A stretch of 25,656 nucleotides of DNA from Cystobasidiomycetes sp. EMM_F5 (taxonomy: Eukaryota), in assembly GCA_051047955.1 (NCBI GenBank), contig JBPGPT010000026.1, positions 186,001-211,656 on the forward strand, given 5' to 3'. Both the position numbers and the translations under genes were made by a program. A model generated the notes under the pieces. The model saw only the letters and a program-made list of their open reading frames with translations. It made no database searches and had not been told where the DNA came from. Of the stretch, positions 21,872 through 25,656 are shown piece by piece; position 1 is the first letter of the stretch, and the number at the start of each line of letters is the position of its first letter.

Positions 21872-24799
21872 ATGCCACGATTCGGCAAAGGCCGCCAGTC
21901 GAATGGACAGCAAGCGCCGTATCATGTCCGGAAAACTACGCTGCTGCCAGCTTCGTTGCGCGAAGAGCTCGTTGCAAGTGGCCGTCTTGAAGGGCAACAG
22001 GGTGGAAATGGATCTGATAATACAGGCGTACTCGGGAGGAAACAGCGCAGGAAGGATGACAGGAACGCTAGAAAGAGCAGTGGACAGGGTTCAATACCCA
22101 AAACAAAGCCCGTCAAGCCATCAAGTAATCTCAAATCTGTAATTCATTCCAAACAAAAGTCATCCATATCGACAAACGCAGACCCTTCCTCCTCCAAGCA
22201 GCGTAAACGTGCTCGTTTTCAGGATGATGTAGACGCAAATGTAGACGATGGTCCCAGAGCGTCAACGTCCAAACCTGTAAATGAAAAGACCAAGCCGCCG
22301 CAGGACAACCGGACTACTCTACAACGCATGGTCGATAAACAAGATGCGACAGGGTATGGGAAACATCCTCAAAGCTCGTCGAGTAAATTAACGAAGCCCA
22401 AAGGCTATCGCTCCGCCGTCGAAAAGGATGAAGATTCCGAAATTGCATGGCTCGAAGCCAAACTCGGTGTACGGCGAACTGGTGCAGGCCGTAAACAGCT
22501 AGAGGAGGATGGTCTGGATGGTGCGTCTAGTGAAGTCAGCCGCGCATCCTAGACTAATTGACGCGATTGCACAGACCTTTTCGACGACCTAGACAGGCTC
22601 GATGAAGAATTGTTTGCGGGCGATGACGAGCAAGAAACAGTGTCCGGCTCATCCGACGACGAAGGAGATTCGGACATGTCATCTGACAGCCATGGTCAGC
22701 CAGAGGCCGACTCTGACCAAATTGTCTCGGAAGTGGACGACATAGCGGAGCTTGACAGCGAGTCTGGCGAAGAAGGCACCATTCTGACGGCCGAGACTCA
22801 AGAAGCCATAGCCTCCAATCCTTCTGATGGAAAGGTAGACGCAGCTCTCCTAGAAAAGCAGAAATACATACCTCCAGCACTTCGCAAACAATCGGAACCC
22901 AGCGCAACATCGCTACCAGCCGAAGTGGACGATCCGCAACTTCGTCGACAGCTACGGGGTCTCCTCAATCGGCTTTCCGCAACGTCATTTCCTGCTCTTG
23001 TACTCAACCCTTTAGACCCGAGTAGTCTACACAGCATCTATCTCTCCAAATCCCGTGCAGTCGTGTCTCGGATACTAGTCCGCCTTATCTGCGAGATTAT
23101 TTCCGCACAAGGTGAAGCAGGCGGGATAGGAGACACTCAGGTCGTTGTCATGGCCGGGCTCGTTAAGCTTCTATCGACCGGCATAGTGGGCGGCATGTCT
23201 TCCAATGGTGGAAAGGAGATTGCAGCGTCCGTTGTCGACAGCGTTGTCAAGCAGCTAGACGACGTGGCCGCATCAGACATTGACACGCACAAACAGCGGA
23301 CGAATTTGGTCGGCTTTCTGGCTGTCTTGTACAACCTACAAGTCATTGCGGCGGGACTAATGTATGACCTTATCAGAGAAGCTATCGCGCGTGGGCTGAG
23401 TGAGGAGGATGCCGAGGTCCTGTTGCGTATCTTGCGAGGTGCGTAGGAACAGTGCGGTCGCAATTGGACGTATCCACTAACAGCTGCCGCATGCTTTATG
23501 CAGTCTCCGGGGCTCAGCTCCGCCACGATGATCCAAATGCGCTCAAAGCCATCATCTCCTTGGTCAATGAACAGCAGAAAGGCATCGCTCCTGACTCACT
23601 CACCTCAAGGCAGCGATTCATGCTCGAGACTCTCACAAACCTGCGCAACAACAAGCTAAAGCAGCCCACTGGCGTCACCGCCGACACGGAGGCGAGTCTC
23701 AAAAAGTATATTGGCGGTTTGGCTCGAAAATCGTCTGTTTCTACAGAGCCATTGCGGCTTACGCTGGATGATCTTCGACAGAGCGGGGAGAAGGGGAAAT
23801 GGTGGCTAGTTGGCGCAGCTTGGTCTGGAGATCCTCTTGTTGACAGACACTCAGATATCGCCGTAGGCTCCGGAGCTTACAAATCAGGAAAGGAGGACGA
23901 AAGCAAAGGAAAAGAAGCAGCTTTACTGAAGTTGGCAAGAAAACAAGGCATGAATACCGATATTCGACGGAATGTGTTTGTTGCTGTCATGGGAGCTCAG
24001 GACTACATGGATGCTTGCGAGAGGATCATGCAGCTCAAGCTTACTGAAGTTCAACAACGTGAAGTAGTACGCGTATTGCTGCATTGTCTAGGCCGAGTAA
24101 GCAGCGTACGGCGTGCGTTGCGGCGGGAATAGACGAACTGACTACGCTTTATATGCGCAGGAGAAGGCCTACAACCCATTCTACACGCTCATCATGGCAC
24201 GACTTCCCACGTCGTCACCTACAGGCCTGTCACACTCTTACCAGATCACTCTGCAATATGCACTGTGGGATCTGTTCCGGGAAATGGGCGAAAAGGATGT
24301 AGGAGGATCAGACATGGCTCGTAACACGTCACACGGCACTGTGGATGAGAAGAGATCGCGCAACCTGGCAAAAGCGTATGCATGGTGGATCGCAAAAGCA
24401 GGGTTGGGTTTGACAGTTCTTAAAGTGCGCCGAGGAAAGTCTGTGTTGCATGGGAGTTGGGTGCTGACTACAGCTCCACTCTCTTAATAGCCATTGACTT
24501 TCCAGCTTCTTACTCGCGACACGCGGACCTTCCTCTCAATCCTCTTCTCGTCCTTGATCCTCTCTACACAAACGGATTCACCGCTTCTTATTTCTGTCCG
24601 ATCAGCTTCTAACAGGGATAGCAAGAGTCTTGTGACGCCATTTCTCGCACTCGCAGCGGCCAACGGCGGAGTAGCGCAGGGTGTATACTGGTTCTTGGAG
24701 AATGATAAAGATCTTCGACGGAGTACCGATGAAATTGTGAAGTGGGGTATTCAGAGCGCTATGCAGGCGCTCAGTACTAGTGTATCGTTCATCGTGTGA
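21872..24799 (+). CDS. SGD1: Nucleolar MIF4G/MA3 protein Sgd1 (NOM1), about 892 aa
   Basis: Exons 21872-22520, 22575-23438, 23504-24096, 24161-24424, 24491-24799 (2679 nt, in frame). Motifs: EIAWLEAKLG...EEDGLDDL, KYIPPALR, LRGLLNRLS, GAQLRHDDPNALK, RFMLETLTNLRNNK, KGKWWLVGAAW, ARKQGMNTDIRRNVF, and EKAYNPFY. Confidence 0.93.
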
Positions 24800-24889
24800 T
24801 GCGTATGCTCTTTGCGGTGTATACTAGTTATCGACAGCGTAGTGATTGGCCACTGTCTTACTGCGTCTTGTCATTTTCTAGTCCCACAC

Positions 24890-25159
24890 CTACCGCTTGA
24901 CGAAAGCGGCAGTTGTGATTGTACTACCAGTACTGCCGCCAAACGTGTACGTCGGCCTGTCTATACTTTCGAGGAAGTGCAAGCCTGTCTTGCTCTCCTC
25001 TCCAAACTTTATTTTTAATTCGTCCAGAGTAAAATTGCATGAAGTGATGAGGAACACGCCGTCTTTTGCTAGAAGGTGGGCAATGCGGTGTGGATAGACT
25101 GTCGTTGGATGAGGGATACTGGCATCGTCTGAGGGCGTGAGAGCTATTGCATCGAATGT
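24890..25159 (-). CDS. EFM4: Last exon of protein-lysine N-methyltransferase Efm4/See1 (EEF1AKMT2); upstream exons not readable
   Basis: After the acceptor ...TCTCGCAG the exon reads TFDAIAL...YP.RIA.LL..DGVFLITSCNFTLDEL...F...PTYTFGGSTGSTITTAAF, with the stop at 24890-24892. This matches the Efm4 C-terminal signature (DKG)TFDAI...ITSCNFT...FGG. Confidence 0.85.
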   Translation of the reverse strand, partial: TFDAIALTPSDDASIPHPTTVYPHRIAHLLAKDGVFLITSCNFTLDELKIKFGEESKTGLHFLESIDRPTYTFGGSTGSTITTAAFVKR

Positions 25160-25219
25160 CTGCGAGATAAGACTCGTCTCAGCACAATTTTTTAGCGAGC
25201 TGTGCAAGGCCCGTTTGCT

Positions 25220-25601
25220 CATTGCGTGAAGGGATAAAGGAAGGAGCAAGAAGTTTTTGCCCAGTCATTGACAGGAATATGAAAGAGTAGCAATGGAAAA
25301 CCCGAACGGACGGAATGCGGTGGAAAAATCGAAAGGATAATAACGGATGGTGATGGACAGAACCAAACGGGAAAATAAGGAATGCAAAGGAAAGCATGGA
25401 ATTGAGAGGAATGCACCAGTAAAGAAAAGGAAAAAGGAATGGGAAAGAGGAGAAAAACGGAAAAGAACGGACCGATTCTCAAAGTACGGGAATCAGAAGT
25501 TTAAAACAAGTTGACGACATTGCAGGGAGTTTGGAGAAAGAAAAAAAAAGAGGCAGAAACAGAGAAAAGAGGGAAAAAATACAAGAAAGACATAAATAAA
25601 A
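25220..25601. other. Degraded A/G-rich sequence, probably low-quality read or contig end
   Basis: There is an abrupt shift to A-run, purine-rich sequence exactly where the EFM4 donor and upstream exons are expected. No clean ORF or splice signals are visible. Confidence 0.6.
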
Positions 25602-25656
25602 AAGAAGAAGAAGAAGAAGAAGAAGAAGAAGAAGAAGAAGAAGAAGAAGAAGAAGA
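25602..25656 (+). repeat. (AAG/GAA)n microsatellite, about 18 units, running to the end of the window
   Basis: Perfect aag repeats are directly visible from 25602 to the end. Confidence 0.95.

Overview
Gene-dense, intron-rich fungal DNA. The short 45-80 nt introns with CTRAY-type branch sites and the protein sequences suggest a compact basidiomycete, perhaps Pucciniomycotina-like (inference only). I spliced the genes by hand. From left to right: the 3' end of an Asi1/Asi3-type RING E3 ligase (+); UTP10/HEATR1 (+, 18 exons, about 2060 aa); SET2 (-, 9 exons, about 948 aa); a secreted 8-Cys CFEM-like Ser/Thr-rich protein (-); an orphan ORF (-); RPA49 (+); four unrecognised small genes in tandem (-, 16.5-20.2 kb); NDUFAF6 (-) head-to-head with SGD1/NOM1 (+); and the last exon of EFM4 (-), which runs into degraded purine-rich sequence and a (GAA)n tract. 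The main observation is the four-gene array. These genes look like highly diverged paralogs of one unrecognised beta-rich domain of about 110-120 aa. They share N- and C-terminal motifs and a phase-0 intron just after the domain. A probable fifth member lies on the other side of RPA49. No tRNA, rRNA, CRISPR array or transposase was found. All family assignments rest on motifs I recognised by eye; no searches were run.
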